DNA of 64,000 nucleotides, taken from positions 5,280 to 69,279 of IMG/VR virus record IMGVR_UViG_3300017934_000023, one strand, 5' to 3'. Each line of letters begins with the position of its first letter. Position 1 is the stretch's first letter. The DNA is from a virus. Below the pieces are notes generated by a model. The model was given only the letters and a program-made list of their open reading frames with translations, was not told the DNA's origin and did no database searches. A program made the position numbers and the translations under genes. Below, piece after piece: positions 56,501-64,000 of the stretch.

Positions 56501-57017
56501 CGCTCACAATCACACATTTACGGCTTCTGCGATAACATTCGGAAGCAATGGTTCAGCCAATTATATTGCCAATGGTACGAACGGCAATTATTCACCGGCT
56601 CTTCTTGCTACTTATCCGAGTAGCGCGGCTACACCGAACGGAACTTTTGGTATACCTTTCTTTGGTGCGGGTTCATCAGTCACGATAGCCGGATTGACAG
56701 GCGGTTCTGCTGGTTTAAATAACAGTGGTACTCCATGGATATTGGAAGCAGAGACCGAAAGTGGTGGTGGTTCTTCTACTATATGGTTCTTAACGCCGGG
56801 ACTCACAGTAGCTAACGGCGCGCAAACTACAGGCACGTTGACCGGCTATCCGGCTCTTACCCCGGTTTTTCTATATGGCAACGATAACTCAGTTGCTACT
56901 TCTGGTAGAACAGGTTTAGATTCGCGTTTTTATGTAGATTACTTTTCGTTAGTTTGGAATAAGGGTATCATTGACCCAACCAACAGCCCAACGGCAACTG
57001 ACGATAGATATTGGTAA
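53550..57017 (+). CDS. tail fibre / receptor-binding protein
   Basis: VTSVFGRTGAVVAQTGDY and LASPTFTGVPAAPTA...TTQIATDAFV fibre motifs; S/T/G-rich. Confidence 0.75.
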   Translation: MPGLKDALKKPDNIGDMIPPVSPSAQNVPAVTQREQPGLAPGSLGPAPSIWTTSFDSVRQWIRPGTSQQRFPPLPVKANPQVNAAARSAAQSVVAATTAATPTDDDSIGLNLQTGRVYAIQSGDENKLISIGNAAGGFVYLPPVGISSPNPSFGLNTQATAASDNTLVGTSQSYGPFTPSDATQCVFTAIVTEGITTIAPSGSSVVLGGNHLFLSTLTVNPTTYTASYPAGAGASIAAASFDTITGTATISQSSVGSYTNAIGGTAGAVSTSALSTGVPSAHSIVLAVDMIWIVAESGHPAVGGPAGITSIADDQGNVYQLLDSATAALPINIGGFTNSTLAALYFCASPKNGPKTFTVNTFGSFITQVDITVADVNGLSLPNFSSLVSPFWCYVENTGVGTFSLISGAAIDGTSNPLSLPANQGVLLVWNGTGWYTERGISNAPVTSVFGRTGAVVAQTGDYTVAQVTGAAPLASPTFTGVPAAPTASPGDNTTQIATDAFVEAAINGIISGSTPADGLRHGDAVWMNDSAWVGMRDDFFAYGGSGSSVMVGSSYVGIGELGWCLGGHPKTTDAKFFAGTGPNLGQFSWTPSTTTDQAGVLILNEANQDLVFQPNSMALLENPGWKASWVFKIGSNQINTTTQVATAFTSKSLYVGLTGPVINCVMASSGGSRPDCFLGVRYDTSTVPPAYGIVSIAAASGGNTVYTIASSGFSSATLPVGMSVTVRGCLNAANNGTFTIVSNTASTITLNNAVGVLEALPSPGVLALAAQPLTAAAAVDAHGNTAYTATQINPTGLVASQYVGMSFVVSGFLTTFVTGTTSGTITAGHTVTQDVTGATAVVASPAPTGTNHLVFTGTPTGAPDNSHAWRDSSVPLSNFYTPTSLPASTNNGTFTCIANLTTSITLNNPNGFAETQAATASSTSLNDTTFKFELVENYSYGGSFRRQLQGTVVDTTVTPTLGTWYRLDMVCTVAGQVTLSLNGAHNHTFTASAITFGSNGSANYIANGTNGNYSPALLATYPSSAATPNGTFGIPFFGAGSSVTIAGLTGGSAGLNNSGTPWILEAETESGGGSSTIWFLTPGLTVANGAQTTGTLTGYPALTPVFLYGNDNSVATSGRTGLDSRFYVDYFSLVWNKGIIDPTNSPTATDDRYW

Positions 57018-57047
57018 AAATTTATGATTAAAAGGACAGGAAAGACA

Positions 57048-57413
57048 ATGGCTTCATCTAAGCAGAACGAATTACTTACGCAGCTTATAACAGGACAAGC
57101 AGTCTTGGTCGAGAAAGTAGATAGCATGAACAGCCGGCTGTTCGGGGAACCAGGGCAGCCGGGAGCGCTGCGCGTTCTGTTTGAGAAACATGAAGGCTTA
57201 GCCAAAGATGTCATTGATACCCGCGAAAAGATAACTATGGAGATCAAGGACTTCAATGAAAAGGAAGTCAAACCTTTGGGTGAAAAAGTCATTGAACTCC
57301 AGAATGCCACATCTGTAAGTCTGTGGCGTACCGGAACTATTTCAGGAGTCGGTAGTGCAGGAATGGCTATCGGGATTCAAATGCTGTTCAAGAAAATTTT
57401 AGGAATACACTAA
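57048..57413 (+). CDS. coiled-coil protein with C-terminal TM
   Basis: RLFGE.G..G motif, coiled coil, hydrophobic C-terminus. Confidence 0.55.
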   Translation: MASSKQNELLTQLITGQAVLVEKVDSMNSRLFGEPGQPGALRVLFEKHEGLAKDVIDTREKITMEIKDFNEKEVKPLGEKVIELQNATSVSLWRTGTISGVGSAGMAIGIQMLFKKILGIH

Positions 57414-57835
57414 TGAATATCGATTTCAGAGAACCTAACGAATTTGATTTACCTCAAATCGCTCGGTGGATTGCTAAGGACTCTTGCCCTCAGCACAACG
57501 ATGTCGACCCAAGATTCTGGATCCCAGAAGTAGACGACGCCGGGGAGCGGAAGGTAGGAACTAAAACCATCGCAGTTACGTGTGATGGCGAGCCTGTCTT
57601 CTTCATCAAACTGGAAAACATAATGAGATGTTACATCCAGTTCGCACCGGAAGATGAAAGAGATAAATCGGCGACGTCTATAGGACTAAAGAAAGCTTTC
57701 TTAACGATTGCAGCCGGCGCCAAAAGCCTCGGGTATCGGGAAATGATTTATGAATCGAAGTCCGAAAGCCTGATTGATTTTTTCAGTAAGTTCAAGTTCG
57801 AAGAAGTGAAGAACAATTTTTCGGTGAGGATCTGA
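57413..57835 (+). CDS. GNAT-fold-like protein preceding the ejection proteins (T7 gp13/P22 gp14 position)
   Basis: FRE....DLPQI..W at N-terminus and LIDFF.KF.F at C-terminus; synteny. Confidence 0.45.
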   Translation: MNIDFREPNEFDLPQIARWIAKDSCPQHNDVDPRFWIPEVDDAGERKVGTKTIAVTCDGEPVFFIKLENIMRCYIQFAPEDERDKSATSIGLKKAFLTIAAGAKSLGYREMIYESKSESLIDFFSKFKFEEVKNNFSVRI

Positions 57836-57836
57836 G

Positions 57837-58496
57837 ATGAAAATAAAAACTTTTAACTACACAGGCCGGATCTATAAGAACTGCGATCCCTCCAAAGCGC
57901 AGCAACAGGCCTTGACTTCCGATCAGAACTGGCAGGCCACACTGAAAAATTCTTATCAAACATTGTTCGGTGCAGGAACCGCAATGTATAACAGCATCTC
58001 GTCCGGCCTCGATACTATCATTCAAAAAGGCCGGGAGGCAATGGGCTTCTCTCCAGAAGAACTTGCTGCTAAACGGTCGGAATCTCTTAATGCGGCCGCG
58101 GCTGCATCCAAAGATGTTCAGCGCCAGATTGGCGCCCGGGCTGCCACCAGTGGCGCTGTTCCGGGTGTAGAGTCGGGCGTCATTCAAGCTGAACGGGCTG
58201 CGGCCGATACAGATATCTTAGGCCAGGAAGCTAACCGGGAAGCTAACATCACTGAGCAAGGTTATGCCACACAGCGTCAAGCCTTCGATACTGCGGTAAA
58301 AGAAAAGGCTGGAACTTTTGAATCTGCTTATACCCCCTCGACGCAAACCGCAGGCCAAGAAACACAGGCGGCAGAAGCTACTCAACAGCAAGCTAATACC
58401 AATGAAGCGGCTAGCAGTTCGTGGATGGGAATGGTCGGTGGTTTAGCTAATCAAGCTGTTGGTATTGGTGCCAAAGCTATCGGCGTAGGTGTATAA
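57837..58496 (+). CDS. DNA ejection/pilot protein
   Basis: Ala/Gln-rich helical protein with Gly-rich hydrophobic C-terminus; podovirus synteny. Confidence 0.6.
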   Translation: MKIKTFNYTGRIYKNCDPSKAQQQALTSDQNWQATLKNSYQTLFGAGTAMYNSISSGLDTIIQKGREAMGFSPEELAAKRSESLNAAAAASKDVQRQIGARAATSGAVPGVESGVIQAERAAADTDILGQEANREANITEQGYATQRQAFDTAVKEKAGTFESAYTPSTQTAGQETQAAEATQQQANTNEAASSSWMGMVGGLANQAVGIGAKAIGVGV

Positions 58497-58514
58497 AAAT
58501 AAAGGAGAAAAGTC

Positions 58515-58937
58515 ATGGCTGTCAAGAAAATTGAGGCCCTTGCCGATGGAATCGCATTCCTGAATAAGATGCATGATCCATCCTCAGATGCCTATCAGTT
58601 ACGTAATCCAGCTTTAGCGCGCGCCTATAGTTTCCGACATTTGGGCGAAGTGGATAACAGCGGTCGAAGAATTTTTACATCCCTGATCGGGGGATATAGG
58701 TTTTTAATACAAGACCTGGAGTGGAAGTGTTCAGGTCAAACCCGGGCCAAGGGTTATAATGGAAAGCTGTCGCCACTGAGTGGTTTAAATGACTTGCTTA
58801 AATCCTATAACCTCGATAGTATAGAGGATGGAAATATTTTTATCCTCCTGGATTTTTTGAATAAGGCTTTACCCGGCGCCGAAATTGGTGCCCAAACTCA
58901 ACTTTCGTTTTTCTTAGAGGATGCAAAAAATGTCTAA
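58515..58937 (+). CDS. hypothetical protein, weak lysozyme-like (NNPG-type) pattern
   Basis: AYQLRNP...GRRIFTS..GGY..L..DL; AAGGAG RBS. Confidence 0.45.
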   Translation: MAVKKIEALADGIAFLNKMHDPSSDAYQLRNPALARAYSFRHLGEVDNSGRRIFTSLIGGYRFLIQDLEWKCSGQTRAKGYNGKLSPLSGLNDLLKSYNLDSIEDGNIFILLDFLNKALPGAEIGAQTQLSFFLEDAKNV

Positions 58938-60852
58938 CTCACCAACACCCGCTGCCAATTTAGTTAATCAAGAGACTGCAGAGTCTCCGCGGCCTGTGAT
59001 GCCTGCTTCTACTGCAGGTACAGTAGCTCCCGCAGCGCCGGATATTCAGGCTCCTGCGGCCGCTGCACCGGCACCTGTAGCAACTTCTCCTGCTGCTCCT
59101 GCTGCCCCTCCTGCTCCGGGAACTCCTGCTGCAGATGCGCAGCATCACGGTGCTTTGGGCGAGATCTTCCAAACCCTAGCTGGCGGCAAGAAAAAGGAAT
59201 GGGTGCAAACCGATCAAGGCCCGGTGGCCCAATATAGGGATTTGAAACCAGGCGAAATGGCGCGCGGCATTCTTGCTGCGGCGATTACTGGCCTCGCTGC
59301 CGGATATGATCCAGCGAACCGCGGGAAAGGTGCGCCTCCGATGAGCGCAGCATTCTCAGCAGGATTTAAAGGTAATGAAGAACGACAGGAAAAAGAAGCC
59401 GGAAAGGCCCAGTCCGAGGCTCAAGAACAATTCAAGAATGCCGGTGTATCTCAGCAACGCATGCTAGATTTGCATAAAGATGCTCGCGAACAGCAGGCTT
59501 CTTATGAACGTGCTTTGGAACATACCAAAATAATGGCAGAAGCTGATCAACGCATTGCGAAAAATGAAATAGATGCCAAGCACGAAGCTATTGAATGGAA
59601 TCAAAAACAGGAACTGCATCTTCAAAACTTGAAAGACCTGGGTGCTACAATCATGCAAGTTAATGGTCAGCCCCTAACTTTCGCTAACAAGGATGAAGCC
59701 GAGAAGTGGATTACTTCTTCCCAGGCGAATCATTCTATTGCTATCCGTCCAGGCAAATTCGATACAGTCTACGAACAAGATCCGGAAACTGGAACGTGGT
59801 CCATTTGGCAGAAGCCGGCAGACAGAAACCGCCCTCAGTGGCTCGGCGTGCAAGTTGATAAGAATGGAGATCCTGTTCTTAAAGACGGAAAAATGCAACC
59901 CGATAAGGACCGGCCGTTATATGGGATGAATGGCCAACCTATCGTACCGGCAGATCGCATGACTCCTCAAGAATTCTACGATCGCAACGAAAAGACTATT
60001 GATATGCGGTCGAAACGACTACTGCAGGAAGCTACTGCACTTGAACTTAGAGACAAGGCTGCAGATTACAGAGAAAAAAGTGAGAAAACTAATGCAATGA
60101 AAATTGCACGGGATCATCTTGCGGCAACCAATGGTGATTTGAACGCCACGGATAAGAACGGTAATCTGATTCTTACCGGAGCCGATCGTGATGCCCTCAA
60201 GAATGAAATGCGCAACAACCATTCCTATTGGGGTCTCATCATCGACACAGGAACAAAGGAACTCCAGAGCATGACAATGGACGATCCGAAGCGCGCCGAA
60301 GTTCAACAGACTGTTGACGAAGCACGTCGCGGATTGGTTTCAGAAATGTATACACAAGCTGCGTATGAGACTTCGCCTGATCCTATTGCTGTTATCTCTG
60401 ATCGAGTTCGGCAGAATACTTTGAACACAACTACTGGAAAAGTAGATGTGGATGAAGCTCGTAAACAATTGAAACAGGGCGGCCTTCCTGATAAGGTTAT
60501 CGACAAAGTTGCAGATCGCCTACAAAAAGGTAATGAACATCCGATGCCGACAGATCCTAGATTGAAGGCTGCAATCGCTGTTCTTGATTCTCAGAAAGAA
60601 AGCGATCGTGCGGCTCAGATCGAAGCTTTCCCTGGCACATCAGAAGAGAAGAATAAACTGGCCGACTACTATGGAATCAAGCGCGCTGCTGCCGCTCCTG
60701 CTGCTGCTCCTACAACTCCGGCGACAGTTCCGGGAGCCGGACTTGCTTCCGCCGCCGCTGAATCTCTACAAAAATCCGGAATAGCCGGTGGCGGGCCAGC
60801 GCCTGCTTCCGTTCCCGGAGCCACAATAATTAATAAAGTACTCGGGCAATAA
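58930..60852 (+). CDS. internal virion / ejection protein
   Basis: Pro/Ala-rich termini, amphipathic GILAAAITGLAAG segment, coiled coils; synteny. Confidence 0.6.
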   Translation: MSNSPTPAANLVNQETAESPRPVMPASTAGTVAPAAPDIQAPAAAAPAPVATSPAAPAAPPAPGTPAADAQHHGALGEIFQTLAGGKKKEWVQTDQGPVAQYRDLKPGEMARGILAAAITGLAAGYDPANRGKGAPPMSAAFSAGFKGNEERQEKEAGKAQSEAQEQFKNAGVSQQRMLDLHKDAREQQASYERALEHTKIMAEADQRIAKNEIDAKHEAIEWNQKQELHLQNLKDLGATIMQVNGQPLTFANKDEAEKWITSSQANHSIAIRPGKFDTVYEQDPETGTWSIWQKPADRNRPQWLGVQVDKNGDPVLKDGKMQPDKDRPLYGMNGQPIVPADRMTPQEFYDRNEKTIDMRSKRLLQEATALELRDKAADYREKSEKTNAMKIARDHLAATNGDLNATDKNGNLILTGADRDALKNEMRNNHSYWGLIIDTGTKELQSMTMDDPKRAEVQQTVDEARRGLVSEMYTQAAYETSPDPIAVISDRVRQNTLNTTTGKVDVDEARKQLKQGGLPDKVIDKVADRLQKGNEHPMPTDPRLKAAIAVLDSQKESDRAAQIEAFPGTSEEKNKLADYYGIKRAAAAPAAAPTTPATVPGAGLASAAAESLQKSGIAGGGPAPASVPGATIINKVLGQ

Positions 60853-60869
60853 TTTAAAAGGATCTTTAA

Positions 60870-63800
60870 ATGTCCACGACGAATATCTGGAGCAATTTCC
60901 AACAGCCTAACGAGGAGCCGGAGAAGCCAAAGCCGGCTCCCGAAGGTGATATTTGGGGTAGCTTTAAATCTGCTGCGGCGGCACCGACAGCCTCGCCTAT
61001 AGCTGAGCCTGCGCAAGCACCAGCCTCTGGAGATATTTGGGGAGGCTTCAAAGCCGCGGCTCAATCCTCAACTGCGTTACCAATAACTCCAGAGGAAAGC
61101 AATCCGAATATTTGGAAATCTTTCGGGGACGTAACTTCCAAGTACAGTCAAAATGCTTCAACTATGGGACTCAGCGGAGAAGAGCGCGAGTACGGCCGCA
61201 AGAGCCCGGATGAAATGACGGATGAGCCGTGGTATAGCAAGGCATGGGAGTGGCTCAACAAACCTTTGTTTGATTTGCACAAGTGGGGCACGCGTGAAGG
61301 CGCAGGCACATTTGAACGCGGTCTCGAGACAGGTCTGGAAGATATTGGATCTGGATTCTTAACGCCTCTACAACTTGGTCTAACGATTGCAACCTTCGGC
61401 GGGGATATCGTCGAAGAAGCCGGAGTGAATGCACTGCGAACTATCGGAGTTTCCAAAGCTGCTGCGCCCGTTGTTGCCCGCGGGGCCAAGGCTCTTATGA
61501 CAGCTGGGTTCAGTGCTCAAATGCTTGGTGGCCTTTTGACCCAGTCTCCACAACTACTTGATGCCCTCAAAGACGGGGATACGGAGAATGCCACGCGCCT
61601 CGCAACCAATATCGCAGCATCAGGCCTATTCTTAACTCAAGGTTTGAAGCACGGTTTTGAAGACGTCAACGCTGTGAAGAATTATGTCAAGGGGAAGACC
61701 CTTACTACTCCACAGCGCCTCGCCTTGGTCCAGGAACTTGCCGGCAACTATGAAGAATCCAAGAGCAAGGGAACGGATTTCGCACGCAGCCGCCAAGAAG
61801 ATATTATCTCGCAGCTTAAAGCTGCGGGCGCGTTTGGAAATGAAACCACTGAGGCAGGCATTCGCCACTACATCACGCAGGGCGGTGACATTGATCGCAT
61901 TCAAAAGATGCTTGGCATAGCGGAAGGCAGCATCAAGCCGCGTGAATTTACTCCGGAAGAATTGAAGCAGCAAGAAGCGGCCGCTGAATTGCGCGACTGG
62001 GCTCGTGATAGCCATCAAATTACTAAGGATGTCAACGGGGCTCCGGAAACATTCTATCTGTCAGATTCTGCGGAAGGAACCCATAAGCTTGGTCAGACTC
62101 TTGCTCTCACTGGTGAGCCGGAAGATGCTCACTATGTACAGATGAAGAATCCTTACTCTCTGCCTAGTGAAGATTCTTTAAAACGTTTTATTGCCAACGT
62201 CGGCGGGGAAGAAGAGGCCAAGAATATTTTAACAGATGGCGGCTACGATGGCATTGTTTACGGGATTGCCGAGAAGAATCCTAAGTACATTACATTTGAT
62301 GATAAACAATATCGGCCGGTAGAGAAATTTAAAGCTGCGCACGATGTAGCCTGGAGCCGTGAACACGTCTATATCGCAGTCGAAAAACAGAATGTAGACC
62401 GGATTATAAACCAAGGTATAGGCCTGGATCCTAAAAAGAATAACGTTATTTACAGTGCCACACCAGAGAAGGCTATTGCTGGCGCCACTCTACCTGCGAG
62501 CGGAGATCGAAACGATCTAGTTGTCTTATCCGTACCGCGCGCAGAAGTAGAACAGGGCATTTATGAAACCAATGCAGCTACGATGGGTAAAGTTAAACGC
62601 GGAGCAATCGGCCCCGTAGAAGTTCTTCCTAGAGTAGAAGAAGGTCAAGGCGGACATGCGGGCGGCGGCGTTACATCTGTTGAAGAATTAGCGCGGCCCG
62701 GACGCTTCGTGAAGATTTCGAAGTCTGGTGAAGTTACTGATCAGGGAAAGACTCCTGATTTTAAATTGAAGGAAGGCGAAGCTGGTTACCAAGTTAAGCC
62801 GGATGGAACTTATGAACTGAAAGCTGGAGTTGAAACTCCACAAACCAAACAAGGCGTAGACGGGTATGCTCGAGTAGCGTTTCCTAAAGAAAGAATTCCT
62901 GTAGGTAAACGGCCGCCGGTAGCTGACGACATGCTCATTACTGAGAAGCGTCACATGCCCGGACACATACTCGAGCGTGATGAAGAAGGCAACGTGACCG
63001 GCCGGTCCACTCCGCTGCGGCCTCTTGGTGCCGAAGATCTCCCCGGAAATAATGCGCGATTCAATAATGCTTATACGCCTGCTGAGAAAGAAAATTATCT
63101 CAATGGGCTTCGCGCCGCTATGAAGCTGACGCCAGAACAGCAAGAAATTGCTAAGACTATTCGTAGCATATACGACTCCTCATTCCAACGCGCCTACGAT
63201 AAAGGCATGATTCGGAGTTGGGTGGAAGCTTATCATCCCCAAGCGTGGGCCAACGATCCTGGCGGAATGTGGAAGTGGCTCTTCAACAAAGATAACGAGG
63301 AAGTGACGAATGGCGCATTGAATGATCTGCGCCACGACACGAATGACGGGCGGTTTGATACCAATGTCAACTCCGCTCGTCACCGTGTTTACAACACAGA
63401 ATTCCAGGGTGTAATGGCTGGAGAAAAGTTTAAAAGCGACGATTTGGCTATGCATCTCTTCAATCATCTGCGTGCAGTTGAACATGCGGCTGCAGCCCGG
63501 GACTATATCAACGGACTTCGCAGGAATGATTCCAAAGCAGAAGACGGACGGCAGGCTGTTGTGTTGCAGGGCTCTGCCAAACGAATTGGTGGTGATGAGA
63601 ATCCTGCGATCGCTATCAACCCGGAACGAGCACAGAAAATCCATATCGATCAAGAGAAGATCGCCAAGATGCGCGATGTAGATCCATCTACAGGAAAAAA
63701 TGAACTGCAGACTGCACTCGAGAAAGGCATCATAGAGAAACTGCCTTTCACTGTCACGGATGAAGCCGGCAACAAAGTGCCAGCTTATGCTTATAGCACT

Positions 63801-64000
63801 GACGGATATGTGACGATCGATCATAGCGCGATGCGGGCCTGGGGCTACATTGGCCAGGATACTGCAGGCAACCCTGCCCTTATGGAAGGCAAGATGCTGG
63901 TCCATCCAGACTTTGCAGATCACGTTCGGCAAGTATTGGGTGTCGACACTTCCGCTGTTCGTCAGAGCAAGATACTCAGCGGCATCAATACCGCGGCCGG
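60870..64000 (+). CDS. large internal virion (ejection) protein, polyvalent-protein-like; truncated by the window end
   Basis: ATG at 60870 after AAGGA; N-terminal half translated by hand (MSTTNIWSNF...), and its absence from the ORF track is consistent with no stop before the window end. Confidence 0.75.
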   Translation, partial: MSTTNIWSNFQQPNEEPEKPKPAPEGDIWGSFKSAAAAPTASPIAEPAQAPASGDIWGGFKAAAQSSTALPITPEESNPNIWKSFGDVTSKYSQNASTMGLSGEEREYGRKSPDEMTDEPWYSKAWEWLNKPLFDLHKWGTREGAGTFERGLETGLEDIGSGFLTPLQLGLTIATFGGDIVEEAGVNALRTIGVSKAAAPVVARGAKALMTAGFSAQMLGGLLTQSPQLLDALKDGDTENATRLATNIAASGLFLTQGLKHGFEDVNAVKNYVKGKTLTTPQRLALVQELAGNYEESKSKGTDFARSRQEDIISQLKAAGAFGNETTEAGIRHYITQGGDIDRIQKMLGIAEGSIKPREFTPEELKQQEAAAELRDWARDSHQITKDVNGAPETFYLSDSAEGTHKLGQTLALTGEPEDAHYVQMKNPYSLPSEDSLKRFIANVGGEEEAKNILTDGGYDGIVYGIAEKNPKYITFDDKQYRPVEKFKAAHDVAWSREHVYIAVEKQNVDRIINQGIGLDPKKNNVIYSATPEKAIAGATLPASGDRNDLVVLSVPRAEVEQGIYETNAATMGKVKRGAIGPVEVLPRVEEGQGGHAGGGVTSVEELARPGRFVKISKSGEVTDQGKTPDFKLKEGEAGYQVKPDGTYELKAGVETPQTKQGVDGYARVAFPKERIPVGKRPPVADDMLITEKRHMPGHILERDEEGNVTGRSTPLRPLGAEDLPGNNARFNNAYTPAEKENYLNGLRAAMKLTPEQQEIAKTIRSIYDSSFQRAYDKGMIRSWVEAYHPQAWANDPGGMWKWLFNKDNEEVTNGALNDLRHDTNDGRFDTNVNSARHRVYNTEFQGVMAGEKFKSDDLAMHLFNHLRAVEHAAAARDYINGLRRNDSKAEDGRQAVVLQGSAKRIGGDENPAIAINPERAQKIHIDQEKIAKMRDVDPSTGKNELQTALEKGIIEKLPFTVTDEAGNKVPAYAYSTDGYVTIDHSAMRAWGYIGQDTAGNPALMEGKMLVHPDFADHVRQVLGVDTSAVRQSKILSGINTAA

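Noticed and set aside
1-64000. Genome-wide TAG reassignment (genetic code 15)
   Set aside because: Only one internal TAG was found; polymerase, terminase, capsid and fibre genes are open in the standard code, and TAG ends several genes at sensible positions (2030, 29203, 37525)

Overview
64 kb segment of a dsDNA tailed bacteriophage (or prophage) with essentially all genes on the + strand and podovirus-like architecture. Left to right: small accessory ORFs (1-3.1 kb); a HAD phosphatase plus a cluster of four glycosyltransferases and two methyltransferases (3.1-8.4 kb); endonuclease VII; a T5 A1-like nuclease, dNMP kinase, nucleoside deoxyribosyltransferase-like protein and ClpP-like protease (9.5-13.4 kb); replication/recombination genes (DEDDh exonuclease, SSB, primase-helicase, family A DNA polymerase, annealase, UvrD helicase, PD-(D/E)XK nuclease; 14.3-25.1 kb); a single-AAA Clp ATPase, GH108 endolysin and holin-like gene (26.6-29.5 kb); terminase, portal (split by a frameshift), scaffold and major capsid (31-38.6 kb); tail, fibre and collagen-like proteins; then ejection proteins ending in a >1000 aa ORF that runs off the window. 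Five free-standing HNH-type endonuclease genes are interspersed. The most striking unannotated signals are an RBS-occluding RNA pseudoknot with compensatory base changes in front of two HNH genes (a variant precedes the holin-like gene), a 28-bp repeated phage promoter, a leader peptide/hairpin/basic protein/hairpin-array locus at 44.8-45.4 kb, a matched ClpP and IGF-loop unfoldase pair, and the glycosylation cluster. All protein calls are from motif recognition by eye; no database searches or folding programs were run.
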